Assembly (NCBI GenBank): GCA_012512865.1
Contig: JAAZDH010000317.1
Location: 1 to 39,212 of the forward strand
DNA: 39,212 bases
Origin: Clostridiaceae bacterium
Lineage (GTDB): Bacteria > Bacillota > Clostridia > Acetivibrionales > DUMC01
Reading direction: 5' to 3'
Of this stretch, positions 27,391 through 36,797 are shown piece after piece. Within the stretch, counting starts at the first letter, position 1. Every line of letters starts with the position of its first letter. A program made the translations under genes and the position numbers. The notes under the pieces were generated by a model. It had not been told where the DNA came from, searched no databases, and saw only the letters and a list, made by a program, of their open reading frames with translations.

Positions 27391-27805
27391 AGTGGAAGTA
27401 ATAATACAGAGACTCAATAAACTATTAACTTCTTTAAAAAAAATTGAAAAATTTATGTTTCTATCTTTAGAGGAGTTTTTAGAAGATGACATTGCGCAAG
27501 ATGTTGTAGAATACAATTTATTTATTTGTATAAATATGATGATAGACATTGCAGCCCATATTGTTGTAGAAAACGATCTTGGGAACCCTGAAACCATGGA
27601 GGGAGCTTTTGACATACTGAAGAAAGAAAGATATTTATCTGCTGACGAAACTAAAACCTACAAAAATATGGTGGGTCTTAGAAATTTACTGGCTCACGAA
27701 TACTTAAAAATAGATAAGAAAATCATATATGATATTTTGCAGAATAACCTGACGGACATAAAAAAATTTGTTGTATTTATAAATGATAATTTTATTAAAG
27801 GATAA
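27383..27805 (+). CDS. hepT: HepT-like (DUF86/HEPN) RNase toxin
   Basis: The Rx4HxY HEPN motif is present as LRNLLAHEY. AGGAGG lies 9 nt before GTG 27383. Confidence 0.85.
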   Translation: MVKVEVIIQRLNKLLTSLKKIEKFMFLSLEEFLEDDIAQDVVEYNLFICINMMIDIAAHIVVENDLGNPETMEGAFDILKKERYLSADETKTYKNMVGLRNLLAHEYLKIDKKIIYDILQNNLTDIKKFVVFINDNFIKG

Positions 27806-28053
27806 CGGCCTTCTATACAATATAGTTACAAATCTTAATAGTGCTTGCACACTATGCTGTGTATACTTGGCAGCCATAAAGCGTTTATTGTTTCATTCTT
27901 TTAAACCATGGAGTATTACATGATCTACATAAATGCCTTTCAGGCCCAAGCTTTTCTTTAAATGTTCCATAATATTCAGAACCATCGTTTTATCCATTTT
28001 ATAGTCTTCTTACTTTAGAGTTTTCTCTAGAGTATTGGCCCTTTGTATTTTAA

Positions 28054-28890
28054 TTAGTATGGTATTTCTGCCTCTCCTGTTTTTTCCAATTCAACGTCTT
28101 TACTTCCAAGAACAAAGATATCAATTATGAGAACCTGCCTTTCACGGTCAATTTCTCTTAATATACAGTACTCTCCATCTTTTCTGTTTGTTAGATTAAT
28201 AAATGAATTATCTTCTAAAGAATATACATATATATCTGCCCTGTATCCTCTTTCATTTGGTAGAGGTCCGTTGGAATCCAAAGGTTTTAAATGGAATACA
28301 TTAAATAAAACCCTCGCGTTATCTAGCCATTCAATAGGAGATGTCATATAATACCAATCATAAGGCCAGTCTTGCGAGAATTCTGCTTTCGCTAATCCCT
28401 TGGCATTTTTTATGGGAGTTAATATTCCATTTGTTATATCATATATTGAAAAGGCTGAAGCAAATTCGCCGTATTGCGTAATAAATATCTTATTGCTACC
28501 TGGCGACCACTTAACCACAAACCCTTGCCCTACTTGTTGTTCTTTATTAATAATTACTTTAAGTACTTCATATTTGTTAGAAACCAACATTAGACCAGAT
28601 TCATTTACGATTGTTCTCATTGCTTTATCCGGGGATTCAATATCTATATATATTGGTTCCAATAGTTCTTTCAATGATTTTTTTGCATCGCTTTCGGCAA
28701 TTACCTTTCGATTGCCATTGTCATCACCCGGAGGTTCTTCAGTTTTTTGCCCAGGTGTTACCTCTTTATCTTGGTGCATATTACTGCCAATTGGCCTGTT
28801 TTGAGAATAGACACACCCTGTTAGGCATGTTAAAAAAATAATGAAAAGTATAACTAGAAACTTCTTCAATGCCAGTCTATCTCCTTTCAT
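28054..28890 (-). CDS. Hypothetical lipoprotein
   Basis: Signal peptide with lipobox LTGC (MKGDRLALKKFLVILFIIFLTCLTGCV). The beta-rich body has a WSPGSNKIF propeller-like motif. The gene is very AT-rich. No family recognised. Confidence 0.65.
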   Translation of the reverse strand: MKGDRLALKKFLVILFIIFLTCLTGCVYSQNRPIGSNMHQDKEVTPGQKTEEPPGDDNGNRKVIAESDAKKSLKELLEPIYIDIESPDKAMRTIVNESGLMLVSNKYEVLKVIINKEQQVGQGFVVKWSPGSNKIFITQYGEFASAFSIYDITNGILTPIKNAKGLAKAEFSQDWPYDWYYMTSPIEWLDNARVLFNVFHLKPLDSNGPLPNERGYRADIYVYSLEDNSFINLTNRKDGEYCILREIDRERQVLIIDIFVLGSKDVELEKTGEAEIPY

Positions 28891-29119
28891 GATTTTTATA
28901 TATTTTACTGTTTAATTATTTAATGACATATTATGATAACAACATTATTATATAATCATAATAATATGGCCATAATGCAAAAATCAAGATAATATCCCAA
29001 ATTATAGTAAGAAGTATTTTTGTCTTTGTAAGCGGATTATAATTATTGTTTATTACTTTGTAACCGGTGCTCAAATAAAAATCCAGGAGTTTTGCTAAAA
29101 ACAAGGACTCTATTAATGA

Positions 29120-29467
29120 TTAACAAATAATAATTTTTGCAATTATTACGGCCAGTATTGAACCTACGACTGAAAACATAACATTTACCTTGAACCAGGA
29201 TATTATTAATGCGACAGCCCCACCTATAATACCAATTACAGGAGCTTCACTGTCAATTGTAAGAATTCCCGGGAAAATTAATGCTCCCAATGCTGCATAA
29301 GGTATACTCTGAAGCCACCTGTTAACCCACCTGGGCATTTTCAAGCTTCCGATTATAAAAGACGGTAATACTCTCGGTATGTATGTAACAACAGCCATTC
29401 CAATTATAATTGTATATGTGCTTAAATTGCTAAAACTATTTATACTATTCACATTCACATTGTTCAT
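29120..29467 (-). CDS. azlD: AzlD-family branched-chain amino acid transport protein
   Basis: IIIGMAVVTYIPRVLPSF... is the typical AzlD start. About 4 TM segments. The gene overlaps azlC. Confidence 0.8.
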   Translation of the reverse strand: MNNVNVNSINSFSNLSTYTIIIGMAVVTYIPRVLPSFIIGSLKMPRWVNRWLQSIPYAALGALIFPGILTIDSEAPVIGIIGGAVALIISWFKVNVMFSVVGSILAVIIAKIIIC

Positions 29468-30164
29468 TCTTATTAACTCCTATTAGTGCAGCCAGTATTG
29501 TGGCAAATACAATTGCCCATCCTGTATCCATAAACCTGCTGAAAATCCAGCTTAAAGCCATGCCAGCAACAGAGACAATAGCTATTCTCCATGACTTTCT
29601 GGCAGCAGGTACTAACAATCCTATAAACATTGCATATAAACCTATAGACATGCTGGCGCTTATGGATTGAGGTATAACATCTGCAAATACTCCTCCTATA
29701 AAGGTCCCTACAACCCATGAAGCATATGATGTAAAAATTAGAGAGCCAGCAAAATATTTTTCCTCCTGCGGGTTATCGTTTTCTTCTCTCATTGACAATA
29801 CGGCAAAAGTCTCATCTGTTATTCCAAAGGCCAGGGCAGATGCAGTGGTTCTTGATAAACCTCTGAATCTTTGTATTATAGACGCACTCATGATGAAATG
29901 CCTTAAGTTTAATATAAGCGCGGCTAATATAATTTCATATGCACTTGCTCCTGAGTCTATCATTCTTATAGCCATAAACTGGCTAGCCCCCGCGAAAACC
30001 ATTAACGACATGGAAGTTGCTTGAATAACTGATACACCTGATTGCACTGAAATCACTCCAAATGCAATAGCAATAGGAATATAGCCAATAGCTATTGGTA
30101 TTGCCGCCTTAATCCCTTTTATTACTCCAGTTTTAAATTTTTGCTTTTCCTTAATTACAGGCAT
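29445..30164 (-). CDS. azlC: AzlC-family branched-chain amino acid transporter permease
   Basis: GIKAAIPIAIGYIPIAIAFGV...MVFAGASQFMAI is the AzlC signature. Confidence 0.85.
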   Translation of the reverse strand: MPVIKEKQKFKTGVIKGIKAAIPIAIGYIPIAIAFGVISVQSGVSVIQATSMSLMVFAGASQFMAIRMIDSGASAYEIILAALILNLRHFIMSASIIQRFRGLSRTTASALAFGITDETFAVLSMREENDNPQEEKYFAGSLIFTSYASWVVGTFIGGVFADVIPQSISASMSIGLYAMFIGLLVPAARKSWRIAIVSVAGMALSWIFSRFMDTGWAIVFATILAALIGVNKNEQCECE

Positions 30165-30243
30165 ACAGCTACCTCACTCCATACCAAAAGCCAACCCATA
30201 ACTAAGTATGCATATTCAACAGCTGCGAATACTTTATTTTCAA

Positions 30244-31680
30244 TTACTTCCAAAATCTCGGTATGAATAACGAGATTAGTGTGAACAGCTCCAGTCTCCC
30301 CAGGAGCATGAGCAACGATAAAAGCAGCTTGCTGTATATGCTTAACTCGCCGAAATTGCGCAAGGGCCCGACAAACTCGAAACCCGGGCCGATATTGCCC
30401 AGTGTGGCGGATACAGCGCTTGCGGCGCTAACCAAGCCGACTCCCTCCAATGAAACGACAAGGGTTCCAAGTACAAAAACAATAATGTACAGTATGAAAA
30501 AACTTGCAATACTTGACAGGGCTCCTGCTGAAATCGGGTGGTTATCAATTTTTACGGAAATGACTGCCCTGGGATGAACCAGCCTTAATATTTCCGCTTT
30601 TATCTGTTTCAATAGGGCCAATATCCTGATAACTTTTATACTGCCGGCCGTAGAACCGGCGCATCCCCCGACAAACATCAGCACGAACAAAATTCCCTTG
30701 CTGAAGGTTGGCCATTCATCGAAATTTACGGTCATGTAGCCGGTTGTAGTTATAATTGAACTAACTTGAAAGAAAGCATGTCTCAAAGCTTCTCCCAGGC
30801 TATGGTACATGCTTTTGATATTAATGGAAACAAGTATTGTTGATATTAATACGATGGATAAATAAAATCTCAATTCCTCGTTTTTTATAACATCCTTCCA
30901 CTTTCTCTTATATAAAGTAAAATACAGGTAAAAATTAACACCTGATAACACCATGAGCAACGCAACTACAACTTGTGTGTAAGTGCTGTCAAAAGCGCCG
31001 ATACTTGCATTCCTGGTGGAAAAACCTCCCGTTCCAATGGTGCCGAATGCGTGAATTGAAGACTCGAAAAACGTCATGCCTCCCAGTTTAAGCAGAAAAA
31101 TTGCCGCAAGTGTTATACTTGAATATGTAATGTACAAAATCTTTGCCGTATCTTTCATCCTTGGAACGATTTTATCGGCAGTCGGCCCCGTGGCTTCAGC
31201 CTTGAATACGTGGAAACCGCCCGCACCCATTGCAGGAATAACGGCAATTGTAAAAACGAGGATTCCCATTCCCCCCAGCCAGTGGCTAAAAGATCTCCAG
31301 AACAATAAACCTCGCGGAAGCACCTCAACATCACCAAGAATAGTAGCTCCCGTTGTTGTGAAACCGGATACAGTTTCAAAAAAAGCATCAACGAAGGAAG
31401 GAATGACGCCTGAAATAATAAAGGGCAGGCATCCAAAAAGCGAAACAAGTATCCAGCCCAGTGAAACCAGGACCAGTCCTTCCCTGGCCTTAACCTTTTC
31501 ATTGGCAGCATTAATTCTGGTTAAAGCAAAACCAATAATGCCTGTTATTGCAATAGTAATGATAAAAGCCATCATGTCGTTTTGCCGGTTATACATGGAT
31601 ATAAAGAGGGAAGGAGCCATTCCTATAGACTCAATTAATAACAAGCTTCCCAGGGTTTTTAAAATGAACCTATAATTCAT
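30244..31680 (-). CDS. trkH: TrkH-family potassium uptake permease
   Basis: Polytopic membrane protein with repeated selectivity-filter-like motifs TTTGAT, TGGFST, TTTGYM and GSTAGSIK. Confidence 0.9.
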   Translation of the reverse strand: MNYRFILKTLGSLLLIESIGMAPSLFISMYNRQNDMMAFIITIAITGIIGFALTRINAANEKVKAREGLVLVSLGWILVSLFGCLPFIISGVIPSFVDAFFETVSGFTTTGATILGDVEVLPRGLLFWRSFSHWLGGMGILVFTIAVIPAMGAGGFHVFKAEATGPTADKIVPRMKDTAKILYITYSSITLAAIFLLKLGGMTFFESSIHAFGTIGTGGFSTRNASIGAFDSTYTQVVVALLMVLSGVNFYLYFTLYKRKWKDVIKNEELRFYLSIVLISTILVSINIKSMYHSLGEALRHAFFQVSSIITTTGYMTVNFDEWPTFSKGILFVLMFVGGCAGSTAGSIKVIRILALLKQIKAEILRLVHPRAVISVKIDNHPISAGALSSIASFFILYIIVFVLGTLVVSLEGVGLVSAASAVSATLGNIGPGFEFVGPLRNFGELSIYSKLLLSLLMLLGRLELFTLISLFIPRFWK

Positions 31681-33073
31681 TGTGTGGGGCCCCTCTCCTT
31701 GGCATAAAGAAGTTTTTCAGCATGGGTACTTCAGACATAAGGCAAAACACCACGAACCTGTCGCCAGGTTGTATTGTTGAATTACCGCTTGGAATAATAA
31801 CCTGGCCGTTTCGAATAATAGAGCCGATAATAACCCCCATTGGAAGCCCCAGCTTTGATAGCGGCTTGCCGATAATGGGCAGTTTATCCGATGCAATGAA
31901 TTCAGTAACTTCCGCTTGGCCACCTAAAAGCAGGGATACCGATACTACTCTTCCGCCGCGGATGAACTTCAGTATATTACTTGCGGTAATATCCACCGGG
32001 TTTAATGCGGCATCTACACCCAGTTTTTCAACTATTTGGGCATAACTAGGCCTGCTTACTTTTGCAATAACCTTCTTGACCCCTGCCTGCTTTGCCATTA
32101 ATGCCATTAATATGTTTTCTTCGTCGTACCCTGTTACTCCGATAAATGCGTCCATTGAAGCCAAGTCTTCTTCTTCCAGTAGGTTTACATCTGTTCCATC
32201 TCCATGGATAACCAGCGTGTTATCATTATCCAATTCCTCGGACAGATATTCGCATCTCTGCGCGTCCTGCTCTATCAACTTAACATGTATTCCCAGGGAT
32301 GACAACTTATTAGCAAGGTAATAACCGATTTTGCCGCCACCTAATATCATGACTTGTTTGGCGAGGGTTCGGTTTTTGTGTTCGGGTATATTGCTTCCTT
32401 GCATGCTGCCTTGTGTTAATCGATCAATATTGTTTTTTTCACCGATAACATATATTATGTCATTTTCCTGCAGCATGGTGGAACCATCGGGTATAATAAT
32501 TTTATTATCCCGGGATATTGCAATGATCAGTAATCCTTCCAGCTTTCTTTCCGTGTTTTTAAGATCCATTATTCTCTTACGGGCAAAACCCGGCAAGCTT
32601 GATACTTTCAAATCTATTACCGACACCCTGCCCCTTGCAAAGGTCTCAGAATAAAACGTGTAGCTTTCCAGCAAATGCCGGGCAATCTCGTTTGCCGTGG
32701 CAAGTTCCGGGTTGATTATATGGTCTATTCCCATCCAGGATTTAATAAAATCGATTTGCTTTGCATGCTCGGGATTTCTTACCCTTGCAATTGACCTCTT
32801 GCACCCGAGCTTTTTTGCAAAGGAAGAAACAAGAATATTAGTTTCATCACTATCAGTAACGGCTATTAAAACATCGTAGGATTTAATATCCAGTTCCTTC
32901 AGCGTTTCGACTTCAAGGCCGTTGGATCTTACCGTCAATACGTCCAAGTGGTCGCTGATGCGCTCCAGCAGCTTTGAATCTATATCAACAACCGCAACAT
33001 GAATATCTTCATTCACAAGTGAATCGGCTATCTTGTAACCCAATTTACCTGCACCGACAATTACCACTTTCAT
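31670..33073 (-). CDS. trkA: TrkA potassium uptake NAD-binding subunit (two RCK repeats)
   Basis: MKVVIVGAGKLGYKIA and a second Rossmann motif VMILGGGKIGYYLA, each followed by a TrkA-C domain. ATG 33073 is preferred over the ORF-track start 33133, which lies inside a repeat region. Confidence 0.9.
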   Translation of the reverse strand: MKVVIVGAGKLGYKIADSLVNEDIHVAVVDIDSKLLERISDHLDVLTVRSNGLEVETLKELDIKSYDVLIAVTDSDETNILVSSFAKKLGCKRSIARVRNPEHAKQIDFIKSWMGIDHIINPELATANEIARHLLESYTFYSETFARGRVSVIDLKVSSLPGFARKRIMDLKNTERKLEGLLIIAISRDNKIIIPDGSTMLQENDIIYVIGEKNNIDRLTQGSMQGSNIPEHKNRTLAKQVMILGGGKIGYYLANKLSSLGIHVKLIEQDAQRCEYLSEELDNDNTLVIHGDGTDVNLLEEEDLASMDAFIGVTGYDEENILMALMAKQAGVKKVIAKVSRPSYAQIVEKLGVDAALNPVDITASNILKFIRGGRVVSVSLLLGGQAEVTEFIASDKLPIIGKPLSKLGLPMGVIIGSIIRNGQVIIPSGNSTIQPGDRFVVFCLMSEVPMLKNFFMPRRGAPHNEL

Positions 33074-33091
33074 ACACGCCTGTTCCTTTCC

Positions 33092-33133
33092 ATAAAGCAG
33101 CGACACATGACACGGGGACGGGGTTAATGTCAC
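33092..33133. repeat. GACACRGGGACGGGG / ATGTCAC repeat copy just upstream of trkA
   Basis: CGACACATGACACGGGGACGGGGTTAATGTCACTTAATGTCAC. Confidence 0.75.
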
Positions 33134-33283
33134 TTAATGTCACTTCCAGCATCCTGCTCTTGCTTGTTTTATCATTGTAGCACACGAAAAATTAACTTAC
33201 AACATATTCAATTATTTTATTATTTTATATTTCCCAGGGTAAATTTAATCATGCTGCATTGCGACTTTCTAATATTAGCTGCC

Positions 33284-33391
33284 TGTGACACAGCATAGTA
33301 ACGCGTTGATGCGTGACACACGGGCGTGACAGGAGGACGGGGGTGATGTCACCAGGTGACACGGGCGACACGGGGGCGGGGGTAATGTCAC
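33284..33391. repeat. Cluster of GTGACA/TGTCAC + G-run repeats, including the perfect palindrome TGTCACCAGGTGACA (33347-33361)
   Basis: GTGACA(C) at 33285, 33313, 33326 and 33356, and CGACAC at 33366. ATGTCAC at 33346 and 33385. Two ~25-nt units resemble the 33099-33123 copy. Confidence 0.8.
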
Positions 33392-33402
33392 TAGGTAAGG
33401 TA

Positions 33403-34710
33403 TTACTTCAATAACTGCGGCAAAAAGGTGGCTATTCCCGGGAATGCTATAAGAAGCGCCATGCAAACAACAAGCGCCGCCAGGAAGGGCCATATCCCTT
33501 TAAAAATTGTTTCTGTCGGAATGTCGGGAGCCACCCCCTTGACAACAAATACATTCATGCCTACGGGAGGCGTTATTACTCCCATTGCCACTACGAGGAC
33601 AATTATCACCCCGAACCATATTGGGTCGTAGCCCAGGATATTTACAACCACCGGGTGGAATATGGGTATTGTGAGTAAAATAAGGGCAAGGGCATCGATG
33701 AAACAGCCGAGTATGAAATATACAAGTAAAATGAGAGCCATTACGACAAAAGGCGGAAGAGCCATGTTAGCCACCCAATTTGCAATAGAAAAGGGAAGGC
33801 GGCTAATTGCAATAAAACGGCCAAAAACAACGGCCCCTGCCACCATAAGCATAATCATGGCCGTAGTGCGGGTGGTATCAGCAAGGGACTGCCTGAAATT
33901 TTTCCAGCTAAGGCGTCTCCTTAAAATCGTGATCAACAAAATGCTTGCGGCGCCTATCGCCCCTGCTTCGGTTGGAGTAAACCATCCCCGGAATAGGCCT
34001 CCAAGGGAGATGCAGAAGGTAAAAACAACTTCCAGTATCCCGCTTTTCAATTCGGGAATTATTTCCTTCAGGGATGATCTTGGACTGGCAGGACCTAAAG
34101 AAGGGTTCCTTGCCGTTATAATGCGTATGGCAATCATGTAAAGAATTGTAAGCAGGATGCCGGGAATTATACCCGCTATAAACAATTTCCCGATGGATTC
34201 GCCTGTAGATATGCCATAGACAATGAATATAACACTCGGGGGAATCAACACGCCGATTGCTCCACCGGCTGCTACGCTTGCCGACGACAGGCTGTCATCG
34301 TACTTGTATTTTCGCATTTCCGGCAATGCAATAGCTCCTATTGTGGCGGCGGTAGCCGTGTTCGACCCGCATATGGCGCCAAACAGTGCACAGGCAGCCT
34401 GTGTTGCCGTGGCCAGCCCGCCGGGCTTATGTCCGACAAGCTTATAAGCCAGTCTATATAGATCGGAACCTACTCCCGAATAATAGGCAATAAATCCCAT
34501 CCATACAAACATCGGGATAACGCTTAATGAATAAGATGAAAAAGAACTGTATACTTCGGTAGCTGCCATGCTTAAAGCCGTGGAAGGAGATCTTAATATG
34601 CTAAATCCCAGGATTCCAGCTAAAAGCATTGCATAAGATATAGGAATACGAATTGCAATTAACAGGAGAAGAACTAACAGTCCAATTACACCAATAATTT
34701 CAGGGCTCAA
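33403..34710 (-). CDS. dctM: TRAP transporter large permease (DctM family)
   Basis: 435-aa polytopic protein with typical DctM sequence. 4-nt overlap with the small permease gene. Confidence 0.9.
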   Translation of the reverse strand: MSPEIIGVIGLLVLLLLIAIRIPISYAMLLAGILGFSILRSPSTALSMAATEVYSSFSSYSLSVIPMFVWMGFIAYYSGVGSDLYRLAYKLVGHKPGGLATATQAACALFGAICGSNTATAATIGAIALPEMRKYKYDDSLSSASVAAGGAIGVLIPPSVIFIVYGISTGESIGKLFIAGIIPGILLTILYMIAIRIITARNPSLGPASPRSSLKEIIPELKSGILEVVFTFCISLGGLFRGWFTPTEAGAIGAASILLITILRRRLSWKNFRQSLADTTRTTAMIMLMVAGAVVFGRFIAISRLPFSIANWVANMALPPFVVMALILLVYFILGCFIDALALILLTIPIFHPVVVNILGYDPIWFGVIIVLVVAMGVITPPVGMNVFVVKGVAPDIPTETIFKGIWPFLAALVVCMALLIAFPGIATFLPQLLK

Positions 34711-35213
34711 GTTCTTCTCACCTCCTTGAAGGCCCGTATGGCCTTATCAAGCAATACGAGGCAAAGAACCAGGAAGCCGATGGCTGTAATATATACAAAT
34801 AAGTAAAACGGTGTTTGTGTTGTCGGGGACACCTCGTTGTTGGCTGCAAGCCTTGCAGCGTAAAGGAACATTCTCCATGTAAAAACAAGCATGCCGATGA
34901 GCGTTGCCACGGAAATAATAATACCGGTGACACCCTGCGCCCTTTTCCCCAGTTTCTCCAGCACAAAACCTATTGCTATATGCCCGTCGATTGCGGCGCA
35001 ATACGCTATCCCGCATCCTACTATGACAGCCGAAAGAAAACATACATATTCGTATGTTCCAAGGATAGGCCTTTTAAAAAAAGCCCTCAATATAACATTT
35101 AATACTACCAGGAGCATTGATAAAACAACTCCCCAGCTTGCTGCTTCATTAACAAAAGCGGACATCTTTTTTACCGTGTGGCTGAATTTGTCCAAGGCAT
35201 TTCCCCCTAACAT
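34707..35213 (-). CDS. dctQ: TRAP transporter small permease (DctQ family)
   Basis: 168 aa with 4 TM segments. Sits between the dctP and dctM homologues. Confidence 0.8.
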   Translation of the reverse strand: MLGGNALDKFSHTVKKMSAFVNEAASWGVVLSMLLVVLNVILRAFFKRPILGTYEYVCFLSAVIVGCGIAYCAAIDGHIAIGFVLEKLGKRAQGVTGIIISVATLIGMLVFTWRMFLYAARLAANNEVSPTTQTPFYLFVYITAIGFLVLCLVLLDKAIRAFKEVRRT

Positions 35214-35345
35214 AATGTTTTAGCAGCATTTACAATGCAAGCAACATGGGCAGCATTAGCAACACTAATAATAAAGTATTAGAATATGAAATATTAGAAT
35301 ATTAACAGTATTACAGTATTAGCAGTTTTAACGCTATTCGTAGCA

Positions 35346-36410
35346 TTAGTATATTTCATTGTACTTCTCTGCAAGTTCCTTTACAACCTTCAACACATCC
35401 TCTTTAATATCTAAACTCCTTATTTTTGCCATGTATTCCTCTTGTATGGGCTCCACCTTTTTAATCCACCTTTCAGTTTCTCCTTCCGACAATTCTATTA
35501 CCGTCATGCCTTTTTCTTCTAAGGCCCATTTCAGGGCTGCCTCGTTTTGCTTGTCCCATAATCCCGCCCCTACTTCTTCCAGGAACCTTTCATTTACCTC
35601 GAGGATGGCATTTTGAATATCCCCGGGAAGGGAGTTCCATTTATCAAGGTTCATTGTAACGAAAAACAGCGTATTATATAAAAACGGTGTTTTTGTAATA
35701 TACTTGGTAACATCCGCATGGTTCCATCCTTGTAATACCTCGATTGGAGCAAGGTTTCCCTTGACTATGCCCTTTTGAAGGGCCTCGTAAGCTTCAGCTT
35801 GTGTCATGCCGACCGATATGCCGCCAAGGGCTTCAATGGTCTTGGCACAAGCTCCTGTAACCCTTATTTCCATGCCCCTGAGGTCTTCCAGTTTTTCTAC
35901 AGGTGATTTTGTAAAAAGGTCCCCGGAACCCGTGGTAATAACCATCATTAACTTTGTATCCTTGATTTCATCCGGGTCAAGCAGCTTTATTCCCTCCCAG
36001 GCAACCATGCTTGCAACTTTTGCATTTTTATATATGATGCCTGGCAACTCAAATGCTTCAAGCACGGGAAAACGCCCTGCTGTGTATGAAAAACATGAAA
36101 GCCCGATATCGATCACGCCTTCCACGACCCCGTCATATATATCCGCACCCTTGCGAAGAACCTCGTTGGGATAACTGGTTATCACCACCCTCCCGCTGGT
36201 AGCTTTTTCAATTTCCTTGATCCACCCCTGGACAAATTCCTTTTCCGCCGGGTGAGTGCCCGGGAAAAAGTGCGCCAACGTAAACTCATATTTTTTCAAG
36301 CTTTCCGAGCTGGCAGGCTGGCTGCACGATGCGGCAATTAATGCCAGGGACAGGATTAAAAAAGCAGCCGTAATCTTCTTCGTGGTATGAATAAAGCACA
36401 TGAATTTCAT
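35346..36410 (-). CDS. dctP: TRAP transporter substrate-binding protein (DctP family), lipoprotein-type signal
   Basis: SD AGAGGGGGA before ATG 36410. Signal peptide ...LALIAASCSQ. DctP-like body (TLAHFFPGTHP...). Confidence 0.85.
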   Translation of the reverse strand: MKFMCFIHTTKKITAAFLILSLALIAASCSQPASSESLKKYEFTLAHFFPGTHPAEKEFVQGWIKEIEKATSGRVVITSYPNEVLRKGADIYDGVVEGVIDIGLSCFSYTAGRFPVLEAFELPGIIYKNAKVASMVAWEGIKLLDPDEIKDTKLMMVITTGSGDLFTKSPVEKLEDLRGMEIRVTGACAKTIEALGGISVGMTQAEAYEALQKGIVKGNLAPIEVLQGWNHADVTKYITKTPFLYNTLFFVTMNLDKWNSLPGDIQNAILEVNERFLEEVGAGLWDKQNEAALKWALEEKGMTVIELSEGETERWIKKVEPIQEEYMAKIRSLDIKEDVLKVVKELAEKYNEIY

Positions 36411-36768
36411 AAATAATCCCCCTCTCTTGTTTGCGCAGATCCAAAAGCAGTAAAAGACATGCTTTTGACCCTGCACATACTTGTACTACTCCATTTTACT
36501 TTTTCACTTCACCGTTTAATTTAATTAACGAGAAGCTGCTGAGCATTAAAGAGCGGTTAGAGGATTATTTCGCAAGAAGTGTGCCATCCTGCAACCCGGT
36601 AAACCGACAACCTCCCGGTATTGCATTGAGGATTGCATTAAGGCAATATAACTACTCATCCAACCGTTCTTCCATCCTACCTTTTTATCCATTTTATTAA
36701 GCAGCCTTCCGTTCTACTAAAAGCCTGTTTTTTACTTGCAGGTTTTTCTACAATCCTTATTATAGCCC

Positions 36769-36797
36769 TGAACCACCCTGGTGTCAATATCAATGGC
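36769..36797 (-). promoter_or_regulatory. Consensus sigma-A promoter (TTGACA-17-TATAAT) facing the TRAP operon
   Basis: On the minus strand, TTGACA is at fwd 36792-36797 and TATAAT at fwd 36769-36774, with spacer CCAGGGTGGTTCAGGGC (17 nt). It lies about 350 nt upstream of dctP. Confidence 0.55.

Noticed and set aside
27893-27997. 34-codon minus-strand ORF (MDKTMVLNIMEHLKKSLGLKGIYVDHVILHGLKE) that might be a decayed nucleotidyltransferase or TA fragment
   Set aside because: It has no SD and is too short and too weakly similar to call. It is mentioned only as possible gene debris within the accessory islet.
33328-33385. G-quadruplex from four G-runs (GGGGG, GGG, GGGGG, GGGGG)
   Set aside because: One loop would be about 19 nt and the runs belong to the repeat units described above. 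Plus-strand G4 formation is speculative and not needed to explain the sequence.
33074-33402. c-di-AMP (ydaO-type) riboswitch upstream of the K+ uptake operon
   Set aside because: I considered it because K+ transporters are often under ydaO control and the region contains ACGGGG-type words. However, the G-rich motifs are on the plus strand, antisense to trkA. I could not lay out the pseudo-symmetric ydaO consensus on the sense strand.
33275-33493. 72-aa minus-strand ORF, and the extended trkA start at 33133
   Set aside because: Both run through the GACAC/GGGG repeat cluster. The translations are Pro/Cys/His-rich repeat artefacts. trkA has a canonical Rossmann N-terminus starting at ATG 33073.
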